DNA of 64,000 nt. Source: Candidatus Omnitrophota bacterium (GTDB lineage Bacteria; Omnitrophota; Omnitrophia; Omnitrophales; JACROU01). Positions 29,369 to 39,235 of the stretch are shown here, in pieces. Positions within the stretch are counted from its first letter, which is position 1; each line of letters begins with the position of its first letter. Location: NCBI GenBank assembly GCA_029261035.1, contig JAJDCD010000025.1:2926-66925 (forward strand), written 5' to 3'. A model generated the notes under the pieces. The model was not told where the DNA came from, did not search any database, and saw nothing but the letters and a program-made list of their open reading frames with translations. The position numbers and the translations under genes are program-made.

Positions 29369-31303
29369 TTAATCTCCTTTTTTTTCGCTTTCACCATCAC
29401 TCGAATCAGCATCGCCAACAAGCCCTTCTAACTGAACTAAATCTATCACTTCTTTCGCTGACATGGTTTCTTTTATCAAAAGTTCATCAGAAAGTATTTT
29501 TAATTTATCTTGGTGTTTAAGTAAAAGTTTATGTGCACGCTCATAACATTCGTTTGTCAATTTCCTCACTTCTTCATCAATAATGATTGCCGTATTTTCA
29601 GAGTAATCTTTTTCTTTAGTTAAATCTCTCCCTAAGAAAACTTGACGGTCTTTTTTTCCAAAGGTGAGATTTCCTAATTTTTTACTCATTCCGTACTCAC
29701 ACACCATTTTCTGAGCATATCCTGTCGCCACTTCCAAATCATTTTGGGCACCTGTTGTAATTTCATTAAAAGTAATTTGTTCAGCCACACGTCCACCCAT
29801 TAAAATAATCATCCGATGCACAATTTCTGTCTCCGTCATCATGTAACGATCTTCTAATGGAAGTTGCATCGTGTAGCCTAAAGCACCGTAACCTCTAGGA
29901 ATAATAGATACTTTATGCAAAGGATCTACACCTTCTAAAATAAGAGTTAGTAGCGTGTGTCCCGACTCATGAACCGCAACCACTTCTTTTTCTTTTTTTG
30001 AGATAACCTTACTTTTTCTTTCAGGGCCAGCCATAACACGTTCTATTGAAGCTTCTAGTTCCGCCATTGCAACAGAGTCTTTATTATATCTAGCAGAAAG
30101 CAAAGCTGCTTCATTAACCAAATTAGCTAAATCTGCTCCAGAAAATCCAGGAGTTTGCCTCGCTAATTTAGACAAATCAACACCTTCTGCTAACTTCACG
30201 TTTTTAGTATGAATTTTTAAGATATCTTCTCGACCACCAATATCTGGTTTATCCACAACTACCTGCCTGTCAAAACGACCAGGACGAGTCAAAGCCGGAT
30301 CCAAAACATCAGGGCGATTTGTAGCTGCAATTAAAATAACACCCAAAGACCCGTCAAAACCATCCATCTCAACAAGAAGAGCGTTTAAGGTTTGTTCTCT
30401 TTCATCATGTCCACCACCAATACCTGCAAAACGTTGACGCCCCACAGCATCCAATTCATCAATAAAAATAATACAACCCTTTCCACTTTGCTTTGATGCC
30501 TTCTTAGCCTGTTCAAACAAATCTCGAACACGAGCCGCACCCACTCCAACAAACATCTCTACAAAGTCAGAGCCACTAATGGAATAAAAAGGCACTCCAG
30601 CTTCCCCTGATATTGCTTTAGCCAACAAAGTCTTCCCTGTTCCTGGAGGCCCCATAAGCAAAACACCTTTAGGAATTCTTCCTCCCAAAGTCTGAAATCG
30701 TAATGGATCTTTAAGGAAGTCAATAATCTCATTAAGCTCTTCTTTAGCTTCATCACAACCAGCAACATCCAAAAAAGTAACCATTTCTTTGTCTTTACTT
30801 AATTTAGCTCGAGATTTACCAAAGGACAGCAACCGGCCACCCCCTTGTTGAGCTCCTCTGTAAACGAAAAACCAAAAAAATCCGATCAAAAGCAAAACCG
30901 GCAACATGGAGTAAATCATATTCTTCAGAAAAGTTCTAGGAGGACTAATTGAAAAGTTGGAAATATTTCTTCTTAATAAAGGAATTAATTCTAAATCATT
31001 CATAGGAATGTTTACTTGAAAAAAAGATCCCGACTGCAGCTTTCCACGAACAATTGTGTCAATCAATTCACAAGAAGCAATTTCTTGAGTTTGAGGATTT
31101 TGAGATACCATGTCAAAAAACTCACTGTAGGTCATTTTCTTGACATCAATTTCTGGAAACACAAAAAATTGAAGCACAACAAAAAACACCATAGCTATAA
31201 GTCCTAGAATTAAAAGTCGAGACTTATCTCCGTCTAGCTTAAAGCCCGGCTTGTTATTCGGATCTGAGTCTGGATTTAAATTCTTATTTTTAAATTCATT
31301 CAT
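29369..31303 (-). CDS. ftsH: ATP-dependent zinc metalloprotease FtsH
   Basis: 644 aa. TM segments, AAA Walker [17 protein letters not shown] region, HEXXH HESGH. Confidence 0.95.
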   Translation of the reverse strand: MNEFKNKNLNPDSDPNNKPGFKLDGDKSRLLILGLIAMVFFVVLQFFVFPEIDVKKMTYSEFFDMVSQNPQTQEIASCELIDTIVRGKLQSGSFFQVNIPMNDLELIPLLRRNISNFSISPPRTFLKNMIYSMLPVLLLIGFFWFFVYRGAQQGGGRLLSFGKSRAKLSKDKEMVTFLDVAGCDEAKEELNEIIDFLKDPLRFQTLGGRIPKGVLLMGPPGTGKTLLAKAISGEAGVPFYSISGSDFVEMFVGVGAARVRDLFEQAKKASKQSGKGCIIFIDELDAVGRQRFAGIGGGHDEREQTLNALLVEMDGFDGSLGVILIAATNRPDVLDPALTRPGRFDRQVVVDKPDIGGREDILKIHTKNVKLAEGVDLSKLARQTPGFSGADLANLVNEAALLSARYNKDSVAMAELEASIERVMAGPERKSKVISKKEKEVVAVHESGHTLLTLILEGVDPLHKVSIIPRGYGALGYTMQLPLEDRYMMTETEIVHRMIILMGGRVAEQITFNEITTGAQNDLEVATGYAQKMVCEYGMSKKLGNLTFGKKDRQVFLGRDLTKEKDYSENTAIIIDEEVRKLTNECYERAHKLLLKHQDKLKILSDELLIKETMSAKEVIDLVQLEGLVGDADSSDGESEKKGD

Positions 31304-31327
31304 TCTAAATTCCTTTAAGTTATTTCT

Positions 31328-32872
31328 CTATGGTTTTGGCTTAGTAGGAGCTGAAGTTTTGGGAGTAGATTCTTTACGTCGGTAACCCTGACGATCCGAA
31401 TTATTCCTTCTTTGCCCTTGATAAGACCCTCTTCGATTTGATGGCCTTTTGTTTGAATAAGTACGCTTAGCAGTATATGGCTCAAAGGAACTCAATTTTA
31501 AGAACCGTTTTGTTTTACTAGTTACACAACAATGCTCCGCAATTCCTAAACCGTAAACCCAAATAATTTTTCCTGCGGAAATAATTAACGGAAGATACGC
31601 TTTGTCTCTTGCAGAAACTTTCTTATCAATAAAAAAGTCTTTTAATTTTTTCTTCCCCTCCATACCCAGAGACTGAAACACATCTCCTTTTCTTCTATTC
31701 CTAATGGTTAGAGGAAATTTCAATTTATCATAGTCGAAAATCTCATACCTACGATCGTCTTTCTTTACTTTATAAATTCTCTTTTCAAACAACTCTGCCC
31801 CAAAGTTTAAATTCATTTCTTTAACAAGGATCTTCTCACCTTTTTTTAGTTGATATTGATACTGAGGAATTTCTTCTACTAGCTTTTTATTCACCTGAAT
31901 TTCTTTACGCTCAAAGGTAACAACTAAATCTTGAGGTAATGAAATTTGAAAATGAGTTTTATCTACAATTCCTTTTCTTATTTGGCTCCAATGAAAATAA
32001 TCCAAATCAACTTTTGGCTCGACCATTGAAATTGCTTTTTGAAAAACACGGTATTGAATAGCCTGAGGCAAATCTTCTATAATGTTTTTTTTCAAAAGCA
32101 CTTCATCTTCCTTGTCAGAATTTTTAATACAACGATCAAACTGCTGTTCTGTAATCTCATCTAAAAAGCTCACATCCATACCAATCGACTCTGGAAGCCT
32201 AGCTAAAACTTGTTTAATTCTAGGATTGTAGTTTTTTTCTATTTCTGGCATCAACTCTAATCGGACGCGGTTGCGCATAAAACGTGTGGAATAGTTAGAA
32301 GAATCAATTCGATATGTTAAATTTTCTTGCTTCAAATAACGAATAACTTCCTCTTTCTCAAGTTCAATTAATGGCCTTATAAAGGATGTCTCTGGATACT
32401 TCAATACAGGACGAATTGCTTGGAAGCCTTTCAGGCCCGCTCCACGAATCATTCTCATCAAAACAGTTTCAGCCTGATCATCCAACGTATGCCCCAAAGC
32501 AATAGTAGTAATACCTCGTCTCTTTGCTTCTCTACGAAAATATTGAAAACGGCCAATTCGAGCGGCCTCCTCTAAAGAATAACGATAGTTTCTTTGAATA
32601 TCTCTAACATTTACTTTCCCTAATATGTAGGGTGCTTTTAATTGCTTCGCAAAAGTTTCAACAAATTCCTGATCTTTTTCAGCTTCTTCATCTCTAAGCA
32701 GATGATTCACATGAAAGATGCCTACTTCTTTCAACCCCAACTCTTTTTTCAGACTAAACAAAATATGGAAAAGAGCTATTGAATCAGAACCACCTGATAC
32801 TCCAACATACACCGTAGAACCCGTTGGCAACATTTGATACTTTTTGAGTGTATCTAAGAATTTTTGTTTCAT
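31328..32872 (-). CDS. tilS: tRNA(Ile)-lysidine synthetase TilS with an unusual basic C-terminal tail
   Basis: PP-loop SGGSDS (VYVGVSGGSDSIALFHIL). The likely true start is M17 (ATG at 32872, preceded by aaggaaaaaca); the track ORF starts at 32920. The C-terminal 50 aa are a Lys/Arg/Pro-rich low-complexity tail (RGSYQGQRRNNSDRQGYRRKESTPKTSAPTKPKP). Confidence 0.85.
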   Translation of the reverse strand: MKQKFLDTLKKYQMLPTGSTVYVGVSGGSDSIALFHILFSLKKELGLKEVGIFHVNHLLRDEEAEKDQEFVETFAKQLKAPYILGKVNVRDIQRNYRYSLEEAARIGRFQYFRREAKRRGITTIALGHTLDDQAETVLMRMIRGAGLKGFQAIRPVLKYPETSFIRPLIELEKEEVIRYLKQENLTYRIDSSNYSTRFMRNRVRLELMPEIEKNYNPRIKQVLARLPESIGMDVSFLDEITEQQFDRCIKNSDKEDEVLLKKNIIEDLPQAIQYRVFQKAISMVEPKVDLDYFHWSQIRKGIVDKTHFQISLPQDLVVTFERKEIQVNKKLVEEIPQYQYQLKKGEKILVKEMNLNFGAELFEKRIYKVKKDDRRYEIFDYDKLKFPLTIRNRRKGDVFQSLGMEGKKKLKDFFIDKKVSARDKAYLPLIISAGKIIWVYGLGIAEHCCVTSKTKRFLKLSSFEPYTAKRTYSNKRPSNRRGSYQGQRRNNSDRQGYRRKESTPKTSAPTKPKP

Positions 32873-32989
32873 TGTTTTTCCTTGCGTTGATGACAGAGGT
32901 GAAAATCTTTCCTTTGTCAATAGAGCCTTGGCAACATGGCCTTATGGCTGACATGAGAATAAATAAAAATAAAAAAGCCTTTTAAAAAC

Positions 32990-33066
32990 TGGTAGCGGTG
33001 CAGGGACTTGAACCCCGGACACACGGATTATGATTCCGTCGCTCTAACCAGCTGAGCTACACCGCC
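32990..33066 (-). tRNA. tRNA with CAT anticodon: elongator Met or, given the adjacency to tilS, possibly tRNA-Ile2 (lysidine substrate). CCA encoded, G1-U72 wobble
   Basis: Reverse complement: GGCGGTGTAGCTCAGCTGGTTAGAGCGACGGAATCATAATCCGTGTGTCCGGGGTTCAAGTCCCTGCACCGCTACCA. It lacks initiator features (no 3 G-C pairs in the anticodon stem, no C1xA72). Confidence 0.8.
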
Positions 33067-33355
33067 ACAATTAAATCTTTTTCTTATACCCCCCCCTGTT
33101 AAAAGAGGGGTTTTTTGTTATAAACGACTGCTGCTTGCCATACATTTCACTGTGAAGCACTTGCTTGATGTTCAAGTTCAGCATGGTTTGTAGAGCTGCA
33201 CGTTACTATATAGAAGATAATAGCCTATATAAACGGTTGATTTTATCATGAGGAATGTGAATAGACAAGAGGAGAAATGAGGTGGAAATAGCTTTAAGTT
33301 ACTTCCATCAAACAACTTAAGCTTAAAATGGAGTGCCTCAAAAGCACTTCAAAAC

Positions 33356-33547
33356 CTAGATTTCTACCTGAAAGTCTTTGTCAAGAACGTGAAGTTCATA
33401 TGCTTTCAGTATAGCTTCTTGCTTAATCCAGTTAAGGCCTGTTTGTAAATACAAGGAGTAAACATCTAAAAACTCATCCTGTTTTTCTTTGATATTTTTC
33501 TTTATGTCTTTTTTCGGTTCAATTTTTACTACTAAGTTTCCATCCAT
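33356..33547 (-). CDS. Hypothetical small protein (63 aa), co-oriented and 31 nt downstream of the 259-aa hypothetical
   Basis: ORF only. MDGNLVVKIEPKKDIKKNIKEKQDEFLDVYSLYLQTGLNWIKQEAILKAYELHVLDKDFQVEI. No motif recognised. Confidence 0.35.
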   Translation of the reverse strand: MDGNLVVKIEPKKDIKKNIKEKQDEFLDVYSLYLQTGLNWIKQEAILKAYELHVLDKDFQVEI

Positions 33548-33578
33548 GACAACACCCTCCGTTTACAATGCCCTAGCC

Positions 33579-34358
33579 CTATTTTTCTCCCAGCAAAAAA
33601 TTAAAAGCCGGATCTTTTTGTTTGATCGCCTCAATTAGAACATGAATTCTTGCAACCAAATCTGGATTCGAATCTTCTAACCATTTTGCATACAAATCCA
33701 AAAACTCATTCATCAATTCTTTATACTCTATATCTTGCTCAAACTTCTCTAACGAACCTACAAAATGCTTAAAATCATCATCTTGAAATTGGTTCATGAA
33801 ATGAAAATAGTCTCTTCTTGTTTGCTTTAGAAGATCTCTATAATCATCAAAATGATCTGCAATTTTAATTAACACATCTTTAACTGCTGTTTTTTTTCTA
33901 TAAATCTTTTGATTATAAATTGCTGCTTCTTGATAATAGTTAATCGCGTTCTGAGTAAAATACTCTTCCGGTTGCTCTATCTTTAATTGCCCAAACCGTA
34001 TTGTTCCCTTTACGTTTTGAAATACACCTAATTGAATCAACAAATAATCTGCATTTGCTTTATAAATAAAATACCGTACATGCCGGTCATTTGAATTTTC
34101 TATCAACATTCGAATGTCTGAATCATAGATGGACAAGTATTTAGCCACCATCGTCTGATAAGTTTGTGTTGCAAAAGCCAACATTAAATGAGCTAAATAA
34201 ACATTCACATCTTCATCAAAGCCATTTTTATTAGAAGGAGTTACAGAACTATTCCTTGAACGAATGAGCGATTCTAGAAGAAAACTAATCGCAGATTCCT
34301 TCTCCTGCTTATCCAAATTGAAATAAGTCTTTATATCCTTATCCATCATCTTATCCAA
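33579..34358 (-). CDS. Hypothetical protein (259 aa), predicted all-helical, no recognisable family. Contains an Rx4H stretch (RRDYFH)
   Basis: Long ORF with AT-typical codon usage, flanked by long non-coding regions, sited between the CAT tRNA and recO. Confidence 0.5.
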   Translation of the reverse strand: MDKMMDKDIKTYFNLDKQEKESAISFLLESLIRSRNSSVTPSNKNGFDEDVNVYLAHLMLAFATQTYQTMVAKYLSIYDSDIRMLIENSNDRHVRYFIYKANADYLLIQLGVFQNVKGTIRFGQLKIEQPEEYFTQNAINYYQEAAIYNQKIYRKKTAVKDVLIKIADHFDDYRDLLKQTRRDYFHFMNQFQDDDFKHFVGSLEKFEQDIEYKELMNEFLDLYAKWLEDSNPDLVARIHVLIEAIKQKDPAFNFLLGEK

Positions 34359-34606
34359 CCTGTAGCTCTTGAGGAGCTATGTAATTTAAACTCTTTAATA
34401 AAGTTTTTTTATCCTTAAATTAACTTCAATTTAAAGCTAACATGACATATCTGGAGTGTCAAACAAGGTGGCTTTGCCTAAAGAGGGCTTGGGAGATTAG
34501 TTATATTACATAACTTATTAATAACAATAGATTTACGGAAATATCAAAAAATAAAGCTTTGCTTCTTAAATGCCGATGATATAAATCAGCAGAGGAGAGA
34601 TTAAAT

Positions 34607-34678
34607 ATGGGTATTTTAGAGTTTTTTCAAATATTTTTGATGGTTTCACTAATCATGTTTCTGAGCCTGCTCGAGTAA
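34607..34678 (+). CDS. Candidate 23-aa hydrophobic small peptide (MGILEFFQIFLMVSLIMFLSLLE) with a strong SD (gaggagag, 7 nt spacing). Possible small membrane peptide, type I toxin-like or leader peptide
   Basis: ATG at 34607, TAA at 34676. It lies in a 364-bp intergenic region, divergent from the 259-aa hypothetical and convergent with recO. Confidence 0.25.
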   Translation: MGILEFFQIFLMVSLIMFLSLLE

Positions 34679-34722
34679 TCATTCCCTAGAAATCTGTTCC
34701 GCAGCTCACGAGACACAAATCC

Positions 34723-35523
34723 TTAAACTTCCAATTCTGATACTTTGTTTTCTCTTATAAAAATTTGGCTTTTGCTTAGAAAACGTTCTGTCTTTAGAGG
34801 CCTATCTAATCGATAATGGATGAATTCACGTATCACTTTCTCTATAGCTCTGAGATGGGCTGAGTCCGCTAAAGGCTCCATCACATCCTGAAAAACCCTA
34901 GAATTCAAATCACGAAGCAATTCCAAATGCTCTTTTTCTAAATTCCATGCATTCGTTGAATTAATTGGAGAGTCCAAAAAAACAACCCCTCCTTGTTCAG
35001 AACTCCAAACAATTTTGTGTTCATCTGCATGTTTAACATCGATCTCTTTCCCAAAGTTAGGAAACCAACCAACCTCCTTGAGAAATCTTAATTCGAAATA
35101 AAGAATCCAAAAATAAAAAACATCTTTCTCCATATTTTTTAATGTACAATAAAAGGAATCATAAATATTTTTGGATATTTGATGAGGTTCAAAAGTAGCA
35201 TCGACAAGCTCTGCTAAGTAAGCTCCAAAGACTAAATTTCTAAAAGAAGATCTCGAAGACAACATTGGATCTTGAAGGAACGATTCGGATAATAAATGGA
35301 GTTCTGTTTTTTTCTTTTCATAGAAGACAACATTCAGCTGATTTAGTATTTCAAAATGCACTAAATCAGAAGACGATTCCTTCCGAACTCCTTTAACAAC
35401 AACTTTTACTTTTCCAAAATCTCGAGTGAACAGAGTTACAATCAGAGATGTGTCTCTAAAATCCATTTTCTTCAAAACTATAGCTTCTGTTTTATGAATA
35501 GCCAAGCAAATCTCCCTGAACAA
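34723..35523 (-). CDS. recO: DNA repair protein RecO
   Basis: 266 aa. The N-terminal OB-fold region AIVLKKMDFRDTSLIVTLFTRDFGKVKVVVKG matches RecO. It sits in a conserved phoH-pgpH-ybeY-recO neighbourhood. Confidence 0.8.
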   Translation of the reverse strand: MFREICLAIHKTEAIVLKKMDFRDTSLIVTLFTRDFGKVKVVVKGVRKESSSDLVHFEILNQLNVVFYEKKKTELHLLSESFLQDPMLSSRSSFRNLVFGAYLAELVDATFEPHQISKNIYDSFYCTLKNMEKDVFYFWILYFELRFLKEVGWFPNFGKEIDVKHADEHKIVWSSEQGGVVFLDSPINSTNAWNLEKEHLELLRDLNSRVFQDVMEPLADSAHLRAIEKVIREFIHYRLDRPLKTERFLSKSQIFIRENKVSELEV

Positions 35524-35689
35524 AATTTAAAATTAAAAAGTATAAAGAAAAAACCATAATTTAAAAACCAAAATTACTTCTCTCTGTCTTAATGTCATTT
35601 GGATCCACTGTCCTTTAGATCCTTCGCTTCAGTCAGGATGACACTTTAACTTACTTTTTTTAATTTTTATCTATGGTTTTTATTTTTGA

Positions 35690-36154
35690 TTATTTATTTT
35701 TCACTAAATGACAAAAGATTCGGTCTTGCATTAGAAACATTTTCTTTTTAGCTTCAGGCTCAACATCATCATAACCTAATAAATGGAGTATTCCATGAAT
35801 AATACAGTAATACAGCTCTTCCTTAGGTTTCTGATTATATTGCTTTGCTTGTTTACATACCTGATTCCAACATACAAATACATCCCCCAATAACCTAGAT
35901 GCCTTTACTCTTGTACCTTCATATTGACTAAAAGAAATACAATCCGTATCTGAAGGGTCATTAAAAAACTCTCGGTGCAGCTTCTTCATTTTACTAGAGC
36001 CCACAATATAAACAGAGACTTCGTATTCTGATTTTTTTAGATAAAATAGAACATCAGCAATAAACTCAGCAACCTTCTCTTTAACGAAGGGCCACTTTGC
36101 TGAACTGATCTCGACGTTGATCTTTGGGAGTGTTTTCAAGGTTTTTTTCTTCAT
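35690..36154 (-). CDS. ybeY: Endoribonuclease YbeY (rRNA maturation factor)
   Basis: HGILHLLGYDDVE has the H..H...H zinc motif. The track ORF is over-extended; the probable start is MKKKTLKTL at 36154. Confidence 0.8.
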   Translation of the reverse strand: MKKKTLKTLPKINVEISSAKWPFVKEKVAEFIADVLFYLKKSEYEVSVYIVGSSKMKKLHREFFNDPSDTDCISFSQYEGTRVKASRLLGDVFVCWNQVCKQAKQYNQKPKEELYYCIIHGILHLLGYDDVEPEAKKKMFLMQDRIFCHLVKNK

Positions 36155-38318
36155 CTTTTTCTGGGTAAGGAATTCGAGTATGGTAAACCGCAACTAAAGT
36201 TCTAACAAAACTTTTTCTAATAAAATCGATGTCTCGAATGGTTAGCTCTGACTCATCAAATTGACCATCTTTTAACTTATCAAAAATAATTTTTTCTACA
36301 AGTATTTCTATTTTTTCTTCATTGTATTCTGGCATAGATCTTGATGCCGCTTCTATAGAGTCCGCCATCATCGCAACTGCTGTTTCTTTCGACTGGGGTT
36401 TAGGGCCAGGATATCTAAAATCATTTGGATCCACCTCTTCACCTGTTTTTTTATTTTCTAATGCCTTACGATAAAAGAAATAAACAACTCCCGTCCCTTG
36501 ATGCTCTGGAATAAAACTAATAATCTTATCCTTTAGTTTATATTTCTTAGCCAAATCTATTCCGCCTTTAACATGATTTAAAATAATCATCGTACTCATT
36601 TCAGGACTTAAATCATTATGTTTTGTTTCTTCCTTCTTGTGCTGATTTTCTGTAAAATAATCCGCCTTAGCCATCTTCCCTATATCATGAAAGTAACAGC
36701 CAACACGAGCTAAAAGAGCATTGGCTCCTATCACCTTACAAGCTTCTTCAGAAAGGTGGCTTACAATTAAACTATGGTGGTAAGTCCCAGGAGCTTCAAT
36801 AACCATTTTTTTCAAGAGAGGATGGTTTAAATCTGAAAGCTCTAAAAGGGTAATGTCTGTTGTTAAATTAAATAAGTGTTCGAATAAAGGCAATAACAAA
36901 CTAAATAAAGGCGTGGTTACAAGCAACCCGCTAAAAACACCAAGCAAAGCAATGGAGAATGCGTCAGATAGATTGCTTCCTTGAAAAATCATCATTGCAA
37001 AAATGATCAAAGCTTGAGAAAAACCAACACAAAGCCCTACTGTCACAAATTGAATTCTTTTACGAAGTCCAATTACAGCAAAAATACCAATAAACGATCC
37101 TAATACACCAAAGAGACAAACTTCAACAGACCAGTCACTCAACAAGCAGGCCAACACAGACATTATCAATCCAATTGGAAATCCAAACCGTGATTTTGTT
37201 AATGCCGAAACTAAAAGAGCTGCCAAAGGTATGGGCAGCAAGTAAGGATTCCACTCAAAAAATAAAATGAATTTACAAGATGCCAAAGTAACAAACAAAA
37301 CTGAATGAATTAAAATTAAATATCGCAAAGAAGAAACAATCTTCTTTTCAAAAACAACTAAATAAGCAACTAAAAATATAAATAAAAGAAAAACAACAAT
37401 CGCTTGAGAAAATGCTTTTTTCAAAAACTCTCTGCTTTTAGTTTGTTTCTGAATAACTTCAAGAGCGTTTAAACCTTGCAACGTCACTCTACGCCCTCTT
37501 AGAATAACCATCTCTCCTTTTTTAATTTCTTCTACAACTTCTGGAACGCCCCCTCCCGCTTCCGCTTTCTTTTCTTCCATCCTTTCTTCATTAAAAGACA
37601 AGTTTGGTTCTAAAACTGCTGATATTACCTTAAAAAGAACCTCTCTAAGCTTCCTATCTTTTCTTAGTTTCTCTTTTAATTCATTAGCAATATTTTCTCT
37701 AACTTCTTCAATCGTTTTTAATTGGCTTAGTGCAAAAATTTCTTCTTGCTTACCTTCGACAATTTGGATCTTATTTTGAAGACTTGCCAAAATCGAAAAG
37801 CGATCCTGAGTTGTGATAATTCCTGATTGAAAAATCAGATTCAAAATACCTTCAATCTCTACTTCCCAAACCGTCAAATCCGCCTCTTCCATCAAAGTCT
37901 TAATTTCAAATTCAGAAAGAGCAGAACTGAAATTTTCGTAGAAGTAAGGCCCTAATTCAACTTCCCCATTCAATTTACTTACTCTAACTTCTTCTAAAAA
38001 ATTTTTTACTTTATTAATAGCCTCTTTTCTAACATTACTATCTATTTGATATACAGGAGGAACTTGAGATATTGCTTTCTGGCGAGATAATTCTGTGGCT
38101 TGTGTGTCTACATACGAAAAATCAAATGGTGCATATATTGTTTTGGAAGAAGGAATCCCCTCCTCTAGTTGGAGGTCGGAAAAATCCTGTGTTTTATCAT
38201 GGCTGAGCAAAAGCATGATTGCAAAAAATGAAATGATAAAAACAGCAATATGAGGAAGGTAATCAACCCAGCTCTGCTCTTTTTTATTCTGCGGCGTAAC
38301 GTTCATAAGCTCTAACAA
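36081..38318 (-). CDS. pgpH: 7TM-receptor HD-domain phosphohydrolase (PgpH/YqfF family; candidate c-di-AMP phosphodiesterase)
   Basis: 745 aa. Extracellular N-terminal domain, 7 TM helices, then a cytoplasmic HD domain (HHSLIVSHLSEEACKVIGANALLARVGCYFHDIGK). Confidence 0.8.
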   Translation of the reverse strand: MLELMNVTPQNKKEQSWVDYLPHIAVFIISFFAIMLLLSHDKTQDFSDLQLEEGIPSSKTIYAPFDFSYVDTQATELSRQKAISQVPPVYQIDSNVRKEAINKVKNFLEEVRVSKLNGEVELGPYFYENFSSALSEFEIKTLMEEADLTVWEVEIEGILNLIFQSGIITTQDRFSILASLQNKIQIVEGKQEEIFALSQLKTIEEVRENIANELKEKLRKDRKLREVLFKVISAVLEPNLSFNEERMEEKKAEAGGGVPEVVEEIKKGEMVILRGRRVTLQGLNALEVIQKQTKSREFLKKAFSQAIVVFLLFIFLVAYLVVFEKKIVSSLRYLILIHSVLFVTLASCKFILFFEWNPYLLPIPLAALLVSALTKSRFGFPIGLIMSVLACLLSDWSVEVCLFGVLGSFIGIFAVIGLRKRIQFVTVGLCVGFSQALIIFAMMIFQGSNLSDAFSIALLGVFSGLLVTTPLFSLLLPLFEHLFNLTTDITLLELSDLNHPLLKKMVIEAPGTYHHSLIVSHLSEEACKVIGANALLARVGCYFHDIGKMAKADYFTENQHKKEETKHNDLSPEMSTMIILNHVKGGIDLAKKYKLKDKIISFIPEHQGTGVVYFFYRKALENKKTGEEVDPNDFRYPGPKPQSKETAVAMMADSIEAASRSMPEYNEEKIEILVEKIIFDKLKDGQFDESELTIRDIDFIRKSFVRTLVAVYHTRIPYPEKDEEKNLENTPKDQRRDQFSKVALR

Positions 38319-39219
38319 TATCCTTTACAAGTGAATGTCGAACAATATCTGAATCTTTAAGTTGAATAAACTTAATGCCTTTTATCGTTTTTAAAATTTT
38401 TTGCCCCTCAATCAATCCCGACTTCTTACCTCCTGGAAGATCCACCTGAGTCACATCTCCTGTAACAACCACCTTTGATGTTTCTCCCATTCGAGTTAAA
38501 AACATCTTCATTTGCTCATGAGTTGTATTTTGACCTTCGTCCAAAATTATAAAAGAATTGTTAAGCGTACGTCCTCGCATATAAGCCAAAGGCGCAATTT
38601 CTATAATCTTTTTCTCCACATAATGATTTACCTCTTCAACATCCATCATATCGTAAAGAGCATCATAAAGAGGTCTTAAATAGGGATCTAATTTATCCTG
38701 TAAATCCCCTGGTAAAAACCCCAAACTTTCTCCAGCCTCTACCGCAGGACGAGTTAATATAATCCTTGAAACCTGACGTTTTTTAAGGCTATCCACAGCT
38801 TGAGCAACTGCCAAATAGGTCTTTCCAGTTCCTGCGGCACCTATCGCTATCACAACATCATATTTACTCATTGCAGCTAAATACTCTTCCTGATGCTTTG
38901 ATTTAGCTTTAATCAACTTTCCCTTGTGATGAAATTGAAGATTGCCATACACGGTTTTCAAAGACCCTTTTTGAGACTCTTTAGAATCATTGTGTCCATC
39001 ATCATTTTTTAAAGCCCTTAATTTATCTTTAAAGAAAGATAAAGCAGAATCCACATCTTCAGACGTACCCTTTACAGTAAGTTTATGATTTCTAGCAGAA
39101 ATTTTGACACGATATTCGCTTTCTGCGTAACGCAAATTTTCATCTAAAGAACCAAATAGCTTTATCGCTTCTTCATCCGAGTTTAATTTTAAATACTTCG
39201 TAATTAATTCTTTGCTCAT
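38284..39219 (-). CDS. phoH: PhoH-family ATPase
   Basis: 311 aa. Walker A IGAAGTGKTYLAVAQAV. PhoH-like C-terminal region. Confidence 0.85.
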   Translation of the reverse strand: MSKELITKYLKLNSDEEAIKLFGSLDENLRYAESEYRVKISARNHKLTVKGTSEDVDSALSFFKDKLRALKNDDGHNDSKESQKGSLKTVYGNLQFHHKGKLIKAKSKHQEEYLAAMSKYDVVIAIGAAGTGKTYLAVAQAVDSLKKRQVSRIILTRPAVEAGESLGFLPGDLQDKLDPYLRPLYDALYDMMDVEEVNHYVEKKIIEIAPLAYMRGRTLNNSFIILDEGQNTTHEQMKMFLTRMGETSKVVVTGDVTQVDLPGGKKSGLIEGQKILKTIKGIKFIQLKDSDIVRHSLVKDIVRAYERYAAE

Positions 39220-39235
39220 TAATATGATTTTTCCT

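Noticed and set aside
30559-30768. Nested ORFs inside ftsH, ahcY (45372..45768), metK (47337..47621), ptsI (50109..50393), kdsA (58415..58845), pyrG (59365..59586, 60340..60534), hprK (52672..52857), the lipoprotein (62861..63289) and others
   Set aside because: They lie fully within well-supported conserved genes in other frames or strands. Spurious.
33085-33115. Hairpin cccct-gttaaaag-agggg followed by T6 just 5' of the CAT tRNA, as a terminator
   Set aside because: It is oriented for the plus strand, where no gene is transcribed into it. On the minus strand it lacks a trailing T-run. I kept it only as a possible bidirectional-terminator remnant; there is not enough to call it.
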